Assembly (NCBI GenBank): GCA_020137815.1
Contig: CM035355.1
Span: 3,162,001-3,226,000 of the forward strand
DNA length: 64,000 nt
Source: Hormiphora californensis
Lineage: Eukaryota > Animalia > Ctenophora
Direction of reading: 5' to 3'
Shown here: piece after piece, positions 33,347-51,437 of the stretch
Layout: each line of letters starts with the position of its first letter
Numbering within the stretch: the first letter of the stretch is position 1
Translations under genes and position numbers: made by a program
Notes under the pieces: generated by a model
Seen by the model: the letters and a program-made list of their open reading frames with translations, nothing else
Database searches by the model: none
What the model was told of the DNA's origin: nothing

Positions 33347-36300
33347 ATGACAGCTGATGATGCCCCTGTTATACCTGTGGAGGAGGAGCTGAAGATAGAT
33401 GAGATAAAGTTGGAGGAAGAGAAAGAGCTCGTCTGTGAATTCAACCTTCATCTCCTACAGGTTAGTTTCATACTAAAACTCGAGGGGTCTAAAAAGTACC
33501 TCATTCAAATCTAATTCAAATCTACCTGGTTCTCACACTATCTCATTCAATCCCAGGTTATTAGAGAGTATCAGAACTTGCACGGTTTGAAGCACGATGA
33601 TTACCAGAGGTACCGGCAGTACTGTACCCGCCGCCTGCAACGTCTCTACAAAGGTAACCCCATCATATCCTATTTTGTTCCCCAGTCGCCAGCCGAATTA
33701 AATTATTGACCCCAATTTGTTGGTCTACTATTCCCCACCTCAATGATAATGATTGTTATATTCTAACCCTCCCTTTACATCTGTAAAGACGGTCTAGCTA
33801 GGCAAGAAAATGATTGACCCCCCTCTCTTCACCAGGTTTGAAGTTCCTGCACGGAGCGAAGAAGTTCTCTAACAAGAAGATAACGCCTGAAATGTACTGC
33901 AAGGACCCCCGATATCTCATGATAACCCTAATGAGGGCTGAGAGGGCCTGGGCATACGCGCTTGATCTGAAACAGTTTGCTAACACTGAGCCTCGCAAAC
34001 AGGTATAAGTTATAAAACTACTTACTAGGATACTAACTTAGGAGAAAACTATCGTCAGAATTAAAACAATATTCCCAATCTCTGTATGAATTAACACCAA
34101 CCCCCCTCTTCAGAGTCATTTGGTTGCTAAGCTAAAGAAGGCTGTAATCTACGCTGAAGAACTTGAAGAGACTTGTATCTCATTGAAATGTGATGCCAGC
34201 ACCCAGCTGGAGGCTAAGGCATACTCTCACTATATGAGAGGAATGGTTAACTTCGAGAGGGCCAACTGGAACAAGTGTCTTGTTTCGTTCACATCCGCTC
34301 AGAAGATTTATAGCAAGCTGGCAGGTAGGGATCATATTCACTTCATAGATTTCTGGGCCACGAATTTTAATGCTTCTTTTTCATATCCCCTCCTAAATCC
34401 TAAGTTTTCTCTCCCTTCTCCCTAACTTTCCAGATCCTCTCCCTCCCCTCTCCCCCGTCCTAATTCCCTCTCTCCACCAGATGCAGTGGACGATGGCACG
34501 ATCTACAGGGAGAAGTGTGAGGAGATGACCCCCAACGTCCAGTATTGTCTCTATAACATTCAGAGTAGTGGGAATATTGATACCAGTGAGGTTGGGGAGG
34601 ATCTACTGAAGGAGCTGGATGGTGTCATCGCATCTCGGGCTAATGCACCCACCCAAGCAGGTACAGGGTGGGTACCAAGTGGGTGTAGGGTGGGTACCAA
34701 GTGGGTACCCACCCAAGCAGGTAAAACAGGGTGGGTTGGGTACCAAGTGGGTACCAAGCAGGTACAGAGTGGGTGCTGGGTGCTGGGTGGGGTGAAATGA
34801 GGTTATGTTCACTGTTCAGGAACTGGGGACTGCTTGATTTGACATTAGTGATGTTAATGATGAAGGATGTGTTTTTCCTCTCACACCCTCCTCCCTCTCT
34901 ATCAGCATGTGAGCTCAAGTGGGAGGGTAAATGTGTCTCTATCACCCATGATGAGATCAAGATCCAGCTGGCACAGCTCAAAGATAAGATACAGCAGGCA
35001 AAGGTGAGTTGATCTGTTGTACCAATACTGATTGGCACACCTGCTTTTCTACCGTGGCCATCTCCACTGACTAGACATCCTCGTTTTCCAGTCTTGATAC
35101 CAAAACTAGGTCCTTCAGTTGGTTACGAAGTCACCCTAATACTTCAGAAGGGGTTATAACACTCCTCAACTTTGCAGGATGTTGGTACCAGCACAGATAA
35201 ACGTTTGGAGCTATTTGACGAGGCGGTGGGTGGGTGCCGTGATGTCGCCCAAATCATCCGTAAAGCTGACAAACTGGAATCTGCAGATACACTCACAGAC
35301 TACTTTACCTTCCTGCGTATCACCTGTACCATTGATCGATTCCTTCTCATGGCATGTCAGGTATACGTTCTGACTGAAGTGATACCGTAACTAATGAATA
35401 ACGCAATCCACGTCCCGGCTACTATTCTGTCGGAAGTTCAGACTCTGAACCCTTGCCCGGCGCCAGTATGGCTGTAGTAAAATGAGTATACGGCCACTCC
35501 TGCTGAATTAGCTACCACCGGTAGTGATTGTTCTATCCCTCAATATGCGTGACGTCACGACCTAATCCATCCTACGTCACCTAGGTTTCTGATAAGCTGA
35601 AGGGAGTGGTTGAGACCAGGCCTGGTACCAAGATGGCCCGGCCTGAGGATCTAGTGCAGGCTATACGATATAATCCTCCAGAACTATGCTAGATCTGAAG
35701 GGTATCGTGTCTATCGAGAAGGAGGGAGAGTTCTATAAGAGTATAGACGGGAACACCCTGTTCTATCGTGCTCTCAGGTATGTGAGATAGCTATTACCAG
35801 GGGGAATGAGAGGGCAATTAGGGGAGTTACAGGGGGCTAGAGATAAGGTTGTCACGGCGCGGTATAAAGGGACCCAGTTTTGAGATTCTATAGTGTTCTT
35901 TCCCTTTTGGATTTCGTCTCCCCGTACTTTGCAAACCCTTGCCTTGTTCGAACTTCTTACTTCGACCTTCACTCTCTCTGCCGGTTCGCTAATCTAAAGT
36001 AGGATCGCTAATCTAAAGGAGGATTAGAAATTAGAATATAACAAGCAAACCCTAGCTGTACTGATCACATCTTCTTGCATTGCTCGACCCTGTTTGAACA
36101 AAACAAACTTCTTTCAAATCTGTTTCTACATTGCAAACCCCAACCCCGGCCCAGTTGTAATACTAATCACTGATCTTCCAGATGTTTCTACATTGCGGAG
36201 TGTCATCTCGGACAAAGTAACTGGATCAATGCTATCGTACTGTATGATAAGTGTAAGGAACATGTCTCAGAGGCCCTCGCCAGCACTGCTAACAACATGG

Positions 36301-36978
36301 TAACGATTAACACAACTAATATCTTGAACTGCTTGTTTCTGGACAAGTCAATAACTCGTTATATTGTCCAGGAGGTACAAGGGGAGTTGAATACGTTATC
36401 TAAACAGATCTACAGTCAGAGGTGCAGTGCTCACGCTTCTGCATTCCTTCACAGCCAGGTATTTATCGGGGAGAGAGGGAATTCCTATATTATTCATGAT
36501 GTTTAGCCACTCACCCATCACCCAAGGGCTAGCTGCCGAATTCTAACTTTCCTACCCGCTCACAAATTCCCCTCAATAGGAAGAGGCAGAGGAACTGGAG
36601 GACATGAAACCTGCAAATAAGAATCGCCTTCTGAAGGATTGTCTGGATGAGTTTAGATTGTTTGAAACAGCGGACGAACTACCGACCATATACACCTTCC
36701 CGCCTGATTTCCAGACAATTCCCTGTAAACCAATCTTTTTTGATATTTCGCTCAACCATATCGGTAAGAAACGTTAGAGTCAGAATCAGCGTGTAGAGTT
36801 GTAACTTGTGAACATTTTTCGCTGTTTATTTTCGAAACTCGTCACATCCAGGATGAGAACTACCACCTCACAAACGACTAACATTAACAACCCTTCAGGA
36901 TTCCCTGACCTCTCTGCTCGCGTGGAAAAGGAAGGTGGAGCTCTCTCCGGCCTTTCTCGGTGGATCTGGGGCCGTTAG
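33347..36978 (+). CDS. SRP68: Signal recognition particle subunit SRP68 (multi-exon; one apparent 1-nt insertion near 35657)
   Basis: QNLHGLKHDDYQRYRQYCTRRL; LMRAERAWAYALDLKQ; TQLEAKAY; RPEDLV(R)LYDIILQN; FPPDFQTIPCKPIFFDISLNHI; terminal GLSRWIWGR. Confidence 0.93.
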
Positions 36979-37349
36979 AGCGCTACAAACACTATTTTAT
37001 TGATCTGTGATTGGATGGGGCGGTGTATTGTGTGTGTGTGTGTGTAATACTAAATTTTACTCTATCTTTGACAAAAACCTCTCCACTCTGCCAAGTGAAG
37101 GGATTAGACAAAAGAAAGTCATCTTGATCTCGTCTCTACCTGCTGATTTGGGGTTTGTAGTGTTGTATGTAGGGCGCCGTGACCGCCCTATTGATGCAAG
37201 TGCGCATGGCCAGAGAGAGACCTTCTCTATTTCGCAAGCGCGCACATCTATGTGACTCATCGTGTGTTTTGATGTGATAGTGATTTCACATCTAGCTCCT
37301 CTGATCCCCTTCTTCCGTCTACCACTTCCCCCTTCCCCGTATATAGCTC

Positions 37350-38826
37350 ATGTCAATTAATACAGCTGCTAATGGCCCGGGACGGCTTCTACTCATGTCC
37401 GGAGAGAGGTTAGTACAACTACAAATCGAGAGAAAACTGAAAATTGGACCAGAAGAAGAATTAGATTGCTGATTGAGTATGATTATTATTTTACACACAA
37501 TTTCTTCACCAGGGTAGTGAGCCGGAACAAGTCAGTTGAGTTTAGTTTGGATGGTAACAATCTCCCTCCAAAACTACTAAAGAAGGAGTCAGGGGAAGTG
37601 TATCTGACTGACAGAAGAACAATCTTCCTGTGCAGTGACAGCAAGAATCTACACTCTTTCTCAGCTGATTTCGGGTCACTCTCCAATGTGAATGTGAGTA
37701 CCTTTCAGTGACCGCTTTCATTCTCTGTCGTTTTTCTGTTAAGCTTATTCTAACCCTTGTATTCCTAAGGCCCATGACACCTGTCCCCCTAATTCTACTC
37801 TATTCCCTTTGACCCAACTGTCCCTCCTTAACTCTATCCTATCCCCCTCTAGCTGGAACAGCCTCTGTTTGGTGCCAACTTTGTCAAGGCTATTGTACGA
37901 GCTGAGCCTGGTGGTGGATGGGACGGTACTGCCAAAATGAAGCTAGTGTTTAGTGCCGGAGGAGCAATTGAGTTTGGGAAACATCTTCTACACATGCAAC
38001 AAGGTATACCAGCATTCAGCAACCCCCCCCCCCATTAATCCAATATAGTAGTTGAGAGTGAATCTTTCTCAACTTGCTAGTCTTCCAGCTTTGATTTCTA
38101 CTACTAGCTAATTTCTAACATTATCCTATTGTAGGTGGTGGACCCCCAATGGAGCTGCCTCCAACATATGACTCGTTTGACTACAACCCCTATGGACCTC
38201 CCCCAGCCCCCTACTACAATCAAGGAGGTGGCTACTACCCGCCTGCTGGACCCCCTGCCCCTGGATATTACCCTCCCCCTCCCCCGGGCTACTCTGCAGG
38301 TCCCTCTGGATACGCTGCCCCACCTACCTATGTAGTAAGTTGTTCACTATCTCTACCCTACTAAACTTCCATCAAACGAATCAAGGGGACGTGTCCAATG
38401 CCGGCCCCATCCAAACTAGTAACTACCTATACCCCCACCCCCATCCCAGTATGATTCTGGAACGTCTGCTGGATCTGATGGTCCCTCATCTTCAGCACCA
38501 CCCTACAACCCCTCCTTCCCTGAAAACAATGCAGCTGCCAGTCAAGTGATGTACTCCGGACATACAGCATACACTAACCAACAACCCGTGAGTCCTTGTT
38601 GAGCAAGGGGTTATGTAGGGGTTAGATCGGTAGGAATACTCAACCCGTGAGTGTCTAACTAGTTTCCAAGAAATCAACCACCAGAGTTGGGACTAAAATA
38701 ATCAAATAAATGTAGTAAAACTCTCTTAAAATTAACTCTCTCTCCTCTTTTCAGGGAAGCTCGTCTGGAGCCCACCCACCTCCCCTACCCCCTGATTACG
38801 GAAGTGAGTCCAAGAAGGATCAATAA
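37350..38826 (+). CDS. WBP2: WW domain-binding protein 2-like (GRAM domain + PPxY tail)
   Basis: MSINTA..; GEVYLTDRRTIF; LEQPLFGANFVKA..AEPGGGWDG..KLVFSAGGAIEFG; PPTY/PPPGY repeats; ends KKDQ. Confidence 0.9.
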
Positions 38827-39789
38827 TCCCTCCCAATACTACGGGATCTCTTAAGAGACGCTGTGATTGTGTTATTGGTAGTTCAAATCAAGAGAGATAC
38901 TTGTTGAGTAACTCGACAAAGAGAGATTTCTTACTAAAAACTGATTCTGATTTGTGATACTGCTCCCCCTAATAATTGTGGAGTGTGAAAAGACAATAAT
39001 TGCCCCTTCCTTTATTAACATTTTGTTTTCTCAAACGAGGAAAATTCTTTAAGTGTACGTGTTTTCTGTGTAGATTTGACTTGTTTACTTCCAGAACGCA
39101 ACTTGTTTTCATTGCAACAGCTGGATTTGGGGTACTACTCTGTTCTAGACTCGCTTACCGCTGCAGTGAAGTACCTGTCTGACAGGTCCTGTCAGAGCAT
39201 TGGCCTGACCGCAGTTCTCGAATAGGGTCAGGCCAATGCTGTGACAGGGCAGGTCTGTGAGCAAACCCGTTTGATGCGCTTCTCTAAAAGAGCGTCTAGA
39301 TTACAGAGTTGCACCCCGTATTGGAGAAGTTGGGAGTCGTGTCTAATTTTCAAAATTAGAAGGATTAGAAACAAATAAATGATACACAAACAGACTATCA
39401 ACAAGCTTTGACACTCCTCCAATTCAAAGTGTCAATATGATCTTTACACAATATTCTACCCAACTACCGGCCTACTTCTCCTGATAAAAGTCTCTGGGGC
39501 TATAAAATCACCCTGCATCATCTACGTTCCTAATAGTCCCCAGCATAATGAAAACATGGCAAATAAAATATGCATCTTTCAAGTCTTCTCAGAAAGTCAA
39601 TAACACCTCTCTTAAAACCATAGGGGGTGTTCAATAGGAAATATTATAAGTGAAAATTCAGCTATAACAAATTCAGCTCTCTCTCTCTCTCTCTCTCTCT
39701 CTCAATAACCCCTACTATCCCCTCTCTCTCTCTCAGTCCACGAACTGAAACAACAAACTCATCACGTCTTCGCACTTTCAGTATATTGT

Positions 39790-45408
<5,619 letters not shown>

Positions 45409-45538
45409 TGTGTTTAGTAATGATGTTACAGCAGCAATCAGGGGTGTCGCGTGTGGCTTATTGGAGGTTATTAATTAGCGTTGCTTGGGTATTGCCCACT
45501 GAAATGGGCACATGACGACGAGCCAGGGGAAGCGGAGC

Positions 45539-45997
45539 GAATAGAGGGTGTACTAGAATGGGAATAGAGGGTGTTATACTAGAATGGGAATAGAGGGTGT
45601 ACTAGAATGGGAATAGAGGGTGTTATACTAGAATGGGAATAGAGGGTGTACTAGAATGGGAATAGAGGGTGTTATACTAGAATGGGAATAGAGGGTGTAC
45701 TAGAATGGGAATAGAGGGTGTTATACTAGAATGGGAATAGAGGGTGTACTAGAATGGGAATAGAGGGTGTTCTATAATGGGAATAGAGGGTGTACTAGAA
45801 TGGGAATAGAGGGTGTTCTAGAATGGGAATAGAGGGTGTACTAGAATGGGAATAGAGGGTGTTCTAGAATGGGAATAGAGGGTGTACTAGAATGGGAATA
45901 GAGGGTGTTCACTGTTCTAGAATGGGAATAGAGGGTGTACTAGAATGGGAATAGAGGGTGTACTATAGATTCTAGAAAGGGGAATAGAAGGTGTACT
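45539..45997. repeat. Minisatellite, 23-26-bp unit TACTAGAATGGGAATAGAGGGTG(TTA), ~19 copies
   Basis: Directly visible, with alternating unit variants. Confidence 0.95.
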
Positions 45998-46636
45998 AGT
46001 CGAGTGAAGCTGGAAGGAGAAGGAGTATTATAAAAGCAAAGCAATAAATGCCCGTAGTCAAAGGGCAACTCGAAGAGTAAATGGCTATGGTTAAGCTGAA
46101 TGAAACGTTTAAATTTGTCAATGTAAAAGGGAAACTGAGGAAGACTATTAAATAACGATTCTGTATGAAATATTTGCCCCTCCCAAAGAGCAGAACAATT
46201 CTCCCTCCCATAAAACAGAGAGAAGCAACACAGTACACAGTATATATGGGCTACAAGTTACTAGATAGAGATATCATAAAAGTGTCACTCACATGATTGA
46301 TATTATATACCGTACATGTAACGGCGTATATGTTTCACTGCTGCAGCTGTATGCTCTATCAATCCTGCTCTATCTCTATCTCCCTCTCTCCTCTCGCATT
46401 CTCTTTCGCTTTCTCTGTCTCCGAGACTCTCTATCCCTAGACATCTCTCTAATATGCTATCTTTTTATCTCTGTGTAGTCAGCAGAGATGGAGCACCAAA
46501 ATCATGACTGTATTATGATATAGAGTCGCTCTAGCGAAGCGATTGCAATACAATCAAAGGAGATACAAAACAAGAAGAGTGATAGAGCGGGGTGGGGGTA
46601 GTTGGTTAGATCTTCAAGGGGAGAAAGGGGGAGAGT

Positions 46637-46754
<118 letters not shown>

Positions 46755-48422
46755 CATTCAGAGGCGACTCTCTCCGTAGCTTGCTACGTAGCTGCAGTAG
46801 GAGAGAGGAGAGAGAGAGAAAAAGTAGCCCATTCCAGTTCCCAGAAAAAAAGTGACAACTTTTCTAAATCTGATAATAGTTAGAGCGATCTAGATTGAGA
46901 TGGGTGCGAGAATAACACTGTGAGAAGAGCTATAACGAAGATGAAGATGATTATTTAGATAGTGTGTCTGATTGATAGATAGCTGAGGGAGAAAGAGAGA
47001 GAGAGAGAGAGAGATGAGAAGATGGAGAGGCGGAGAGACGGGCGTTTGGGTTTTTTTTTCCCATTGTTAAATTCCTTGCGTTTTTAAAAGAAGGGGTTAA
47101 CAATTTTATTTTTTGAGTACAATAGATAAGGGGGGGGCAGAAGGTTTGAAAAGTGTTTAATTTGCATGAAAGGAAAATGAGGGGAAACAGGGAAAAAAGG
47201 GGGGGAAAAAAAGGGGATAAGAGGAAGGGAATTTGGGAGAAAAGGGGGGAAAAAAAAAAGGGGGGGGAAAAAGGGGGGGGTTCCCCTTTCGTTAAAAAAA
47301 AATAAAACCCCCCCAATTTTTTTTTTTCTATTTTTCCCTGGGGGGCTTTCCCGGGTTTTTTTTTTTTTTTTTTTTCAAAAAAAGGGGAAAGGGGAAAAAA
47401 AGGAAAAAAAGAAAAAAAAAAAAGGGGGGGAAAAAAAAAAAGGAAAAAAGAAAAAAGGGGAAAGGGGGGAAAGAAAAAAAAGGGGGAAAAAAAAAAAAAA
47501 AATTGGAGAGCAAAGATAAAAAAAGGGGGGGGGAAAAAAAATAAGGGGGTTTTTTAAACAAATTTTTTTTTTTTAAAAAAAAAAAAGGCCCCCCCGGGGG
47601 GTTCCCCCCCCCGGGGTTTTTCCCCCCCCCCTTTTTTCCCTTTTTTTTCCCCCCTTTTTCCCCCCCTTAAAAAATTCCCCCCCCCCCCCAAAAAAAAAAA
47701 AGGGGGAAGGGGGGGGGAAAAAAGGGGGAGAGGAAAGGGAAAAGGGGGGAGTTTAAAGGCCCCAGGGGGAAGAAATTGAGGAAGGGGGGAAAAAAAAATT
47801 AAAAAAAGCGGAAAAACCCAAAAAATGGCCCCCAAAAGTTGAAATGAAATTTTCCGCCAGGGCGTCCCCCCAAAAAAATTTTTTTCCCCCGAAAAAAAAC
47901 CCAAAATGCCCCCCATTGACTTTTTTTTTTCCAAAATTTTTGTCCCCCAAAACGGGGTTTTGCCCTCCTTTTTTTCCCTTTTTTTTTCCCCCCCCAAAAT
48001 TTTCCCTTTTTTTTGCAAAGGACCGTTTTTTCTTCATTTTTTCTTTTCCCCCCAAAAGGTTATTAAGGGGGGTAAAAAAACTAAAAAAAAAATTTTAAAA
48101 AAAATTGCAAGAAAATTTTCCCAGTTAAAAAAAAAGGGCCCATAGATTATCCCAAAAATTTTAAAATCCCCGGGGCCCCCTTGAAAAAGTTGGGGCCCGC
48201 CCGCCCCCCCCCTTTTTTATTTCTTTTTAAAACCCCCCAGGGGAAAAAATTTTTCCCCCCCGGGGGGGGGGGCCAAAAAAAACCCTGCCCAAAAATCCCA
48301 AAACCCCTCCTTTTGGGGAAAGGGAAACTATAGAAGGACAAAACTTCTAGAAATTTTAAAAAAACTTTTAAACCCATCTTGGGGTTTAACCTAAACCAAC
48401 ACGGTTAAAGAAACTATATTAC

Positions 48423-48622
48423 CCGATAAAGATCTCTAACAACATTGCCACTACCTCCTCCCTTCTCCACCTGGATACGAGTTTTAACCACATCAGCGGG
48501 GTGGGTCAGGGTGGCGGCCACCAGACCAGCCACACTCCCCGATACTCCTTGTCGCCTGGATCGTGTCTGAAACATCGCGGGTGGTCAGTGGTCACTGGTC
48601 AGACTACCTGACAGCTGCTATT

Positions 48623-48655
<33 letters not shown>

Positions 48656-49097
48656 TAGAGAGGAGAGCTATATAGCTAGATGACGATAGATAGAGAGATA
48701 GATAGATATATAGCTATAGGATACGAGAGAGAGAGAGAGCGAGAGCTCTCATAGCCTGCTAGAGAGATAGAATATCTGGATCTCTAGCTACTCTCTCATC
48801 CGCTCTATCGATTCTCTCTCGAGCGGATTGATTTTTTCGCGTTCGCTCTCGCATATCGCGCGCTCTCCTCTCGCTCTCTCGCTTGTCGCTCTCGCACTCG
48901 TCTCTCTTCCTCTATCGCTTCTCGCTCTATCTCTCTCTTTCTCCGCTCTTCTCCTCCTCCTCTCTCTCTCTCTCTCCTCTCTCAGTTTCTCTTCTCCTCT
49001 CTTTCTCTCCTCTCTTTTTGCTTCTCATCTCTTCTCTCTCTCTCGCTCGCTCTCTCGCTCTTTTTCCGCTTTCTCCGCGTCGGTCTCGCTCTCTCGC

Positions 49098-49142
<45 letters not shown>

Positions 49143-50768
49143 CTCTCTCTCTTCTCTCTCTTCTCGCTCTCGCCCTCTCGCGCCTCCTCCCTCTCTCTTC
49201 CTTCCTCTCTTTCTCCTCGTCGCTTCTTCTCTCTCTACTCTCTCGCGGGTGGGTCATAGATTGACTTTTCTTCTACTCTTTACATATTTTCTCCTTTCCT
49301 ACCAGTACACATTTACGACGTAAAGGTAAATTTACCTTACTTTTTCTTTCTGACTTTTTCTCTCTGACTCTCTCCGGGGGGTGCGACATGTTAATTTTGT
49401 TAACTTTGTTAATATTAACATCGCGAAAATAGGTGATTTATTAACAAGATTAACAAAACGTTAACAAACGTTAACAAATGCCATTTATGCCATCTAAATC
49501 ACCTTTAGCGCGTGTTTTTGGTATTAAACAATTGTTCTGCGAGCAAAGTTGTTCCTTCTGCACGATTTGCACACCCCCTACTACCTCTACTACGGCTTTT
49601 CTACAGCGATTTGGTTCATTATGTAAATTTTAATAAAAACTAGCAAAACTAAACCGCAATTGAAGTCAATTGACCCTATAGGGTCCTAATCCACATTTTT
49701 TCAACCCTAAAACTAAATAAGACTCATGATTTTACCTTGAAACAAAAAATATCCCCAAAAATCAATTTTCTAAAAAAACACAAGGATTTGTAGCGAAGCA
49801 AATTTTCAATCTTTGACCAAAAAATTGATTTTGGAAATATTTTCTTTCTTTTTCCAACAGAAACGTTGTGCATCATCTTCTTTCGTCCAAAGAATCGATT
49901 ATCAATGAAAAATTACGTTAAAGTGAGATTTTGTACGCTAAATTGAAATCATTGTGACTTTTGGATTTTTATCGATTTTGAGCCAAAAAACATGTATGCC
50001 GGACTTTGGTTATCGGAAGAAGCCTTGTTTGGGTATATTTGTGTTAGATAAGTCATTAAACTATAAAATTAAACCAGTTAAAGAAGTACTCTCAACCAAT
50101 AAGAACAGTCTTTTAGCATTTGTTAACTTTGTTAATTTTGTTAATTAACGTTAATTAACAAAATCGAAAAAAGAGGTGATTTATTAACAATTAACATGTC
50201 GTCCCCCCCCTCTCTCCTTCTCAACTCTCTTTTTCTCTCCATTCCTCTATCTCTCCCTCTCACCGTCCCTCTCCCCAAAAAGCAACCCACCTTGTCTTTG
50301 GCTAAAGAGATTCCGTTTAATGCCAGTATAGACCGCCAAATAAATCCCAGAGAAAGGGGCGTCTCTGAAGAGAGTAGGTAGAAATCCACGGTACAGACCT
50401 CGTATCCTGTCCTCGGATGTGACCGACATAACTGCACCAGCAATACTCCGATAGCCAAACCTCCCACTCTATAAGGAACAAGAAGACAAAATTACAAGAA
50501 GAGTGACAAATCAGGCAGGAAAAAATCAAATAATAAATGGATAATCGCATACATCCTTACCTCTCAACAAGAAGTGATCGTTATATCAAGAGTTGTTATA
50601 GCGATCACTTCTTGATGGGAGGTAAGGATTATCTTAGAGTTGTTACCTCGTAGCGAGTTTTTATAAGACTGAAGGGTTGAACCACCGCCGCAGTTATAAT
50701 CCTAGCAACTGAACCGAGAACCACAGCTGCCAGACCACTCACATCGCCGCCGTATAACCTCTTAACCT

Positions 50769-50862
<94 letters not shown>

Positions 50863-51437
50863 CGAAGAGACTAGAGAGCAACTTTGTTAGATAGAGAGGG
50901 AGGGAGTCAGTACTTGACCACATAACTCACTTGGGAAAGTGAGACGAAGTAACATGCGACTCCCGGAACAGTTTTAGCGAGGGAAGGGTTCAGTCCAACC
51001 CAGAGATTTCGGATAACTGTAGCACGATTCTCCTGGGATAACACCTTCTTGCATACCCCCCTAAAACGTTTAAATTAACACACACACAGACATGCTCCTG
51101 GATATATTTCCGTAGAACAGTAAATTACATGCTACCTACGTCATAGATTCAGCTGGCTTTAGTTGGAGCTGTGTTTTGATAAAGTCGAGCGGCTGAAATA
51201 GTATTGTGCATATTGTCCCGCTGCACAGACCGCCCACTAAGGACACTGACACGCTCTGAGAGAGAAGGAGGTGGGTGATATATGCTACTGAGGTCTGAGA
51301 GAGGGAGGTGGGTGATGTATGCTGCTGAGAGAGGGAGGTGGGTGATATATACATGCTACTGAGAGGTGAGAAGTGAAGTGGGTGATACATGCTGATGGCA
51401 GGATGAAACTAAATATATCTCTTACCTCTGTCACCAT
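48423..51437 (-). CDS. SLC25A38: Mitochondrial carrier, SLC25A38 (glycine carrier)-like; last exon lost in low-quality sequence
   Basis: GGLCSGTICTILFQPLDFIKTQLQ; PSLAKTVPGVACYF; QPFSLIKTRYESGRFGYRSI; GFLPTLFRDAPFSGIY; THPADVVKTRIQ. Three PxD/ExxK-type carrier motifs. Confidence 0.8.
49376..50209. mobile_element. Non-autonomous DNA transposon with 8-bp TSD
   Basis: CTCTCTCC|GGGGGGTGCGACATGTTAATT...AATTAACATGTCGTCCCCCCC|CTCTCTCC, with subterminal TGTTAA repeats. Superfamily uncertain. Confidence 0.65.

Noticed and set aside
34625-34790. GGGTACCAAGT-type repeats with ORFs (similar short repeats at 9495-9541, 27680-27830 and 51260-51390)
   Set aside because: These are ordinary intronic tandem repeats.
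35400-35530. Possible tRNA-derived SINE or ncRNA in an SRP68 intron (also ~42740-42910)
   Set aside because: Only weak A/B-box resemblance, no cloverleaf and no second copy in the window.
35650-35660. Frameshift in SRP68 (GTGCAGGCTATAC; removing one base gives RPEDLVRLYDIILQN)
   Set aside because: The gene is essential and otherwise intact, so a consensus error is more likely than a pseudogene or recoding. Reads would settle it.
45539-45997. Regular short repeats resembling a CRISPR array
   Set aside because: There are no unique spacers or cas genes and the context is eukaryotic. It is a minisatellite.
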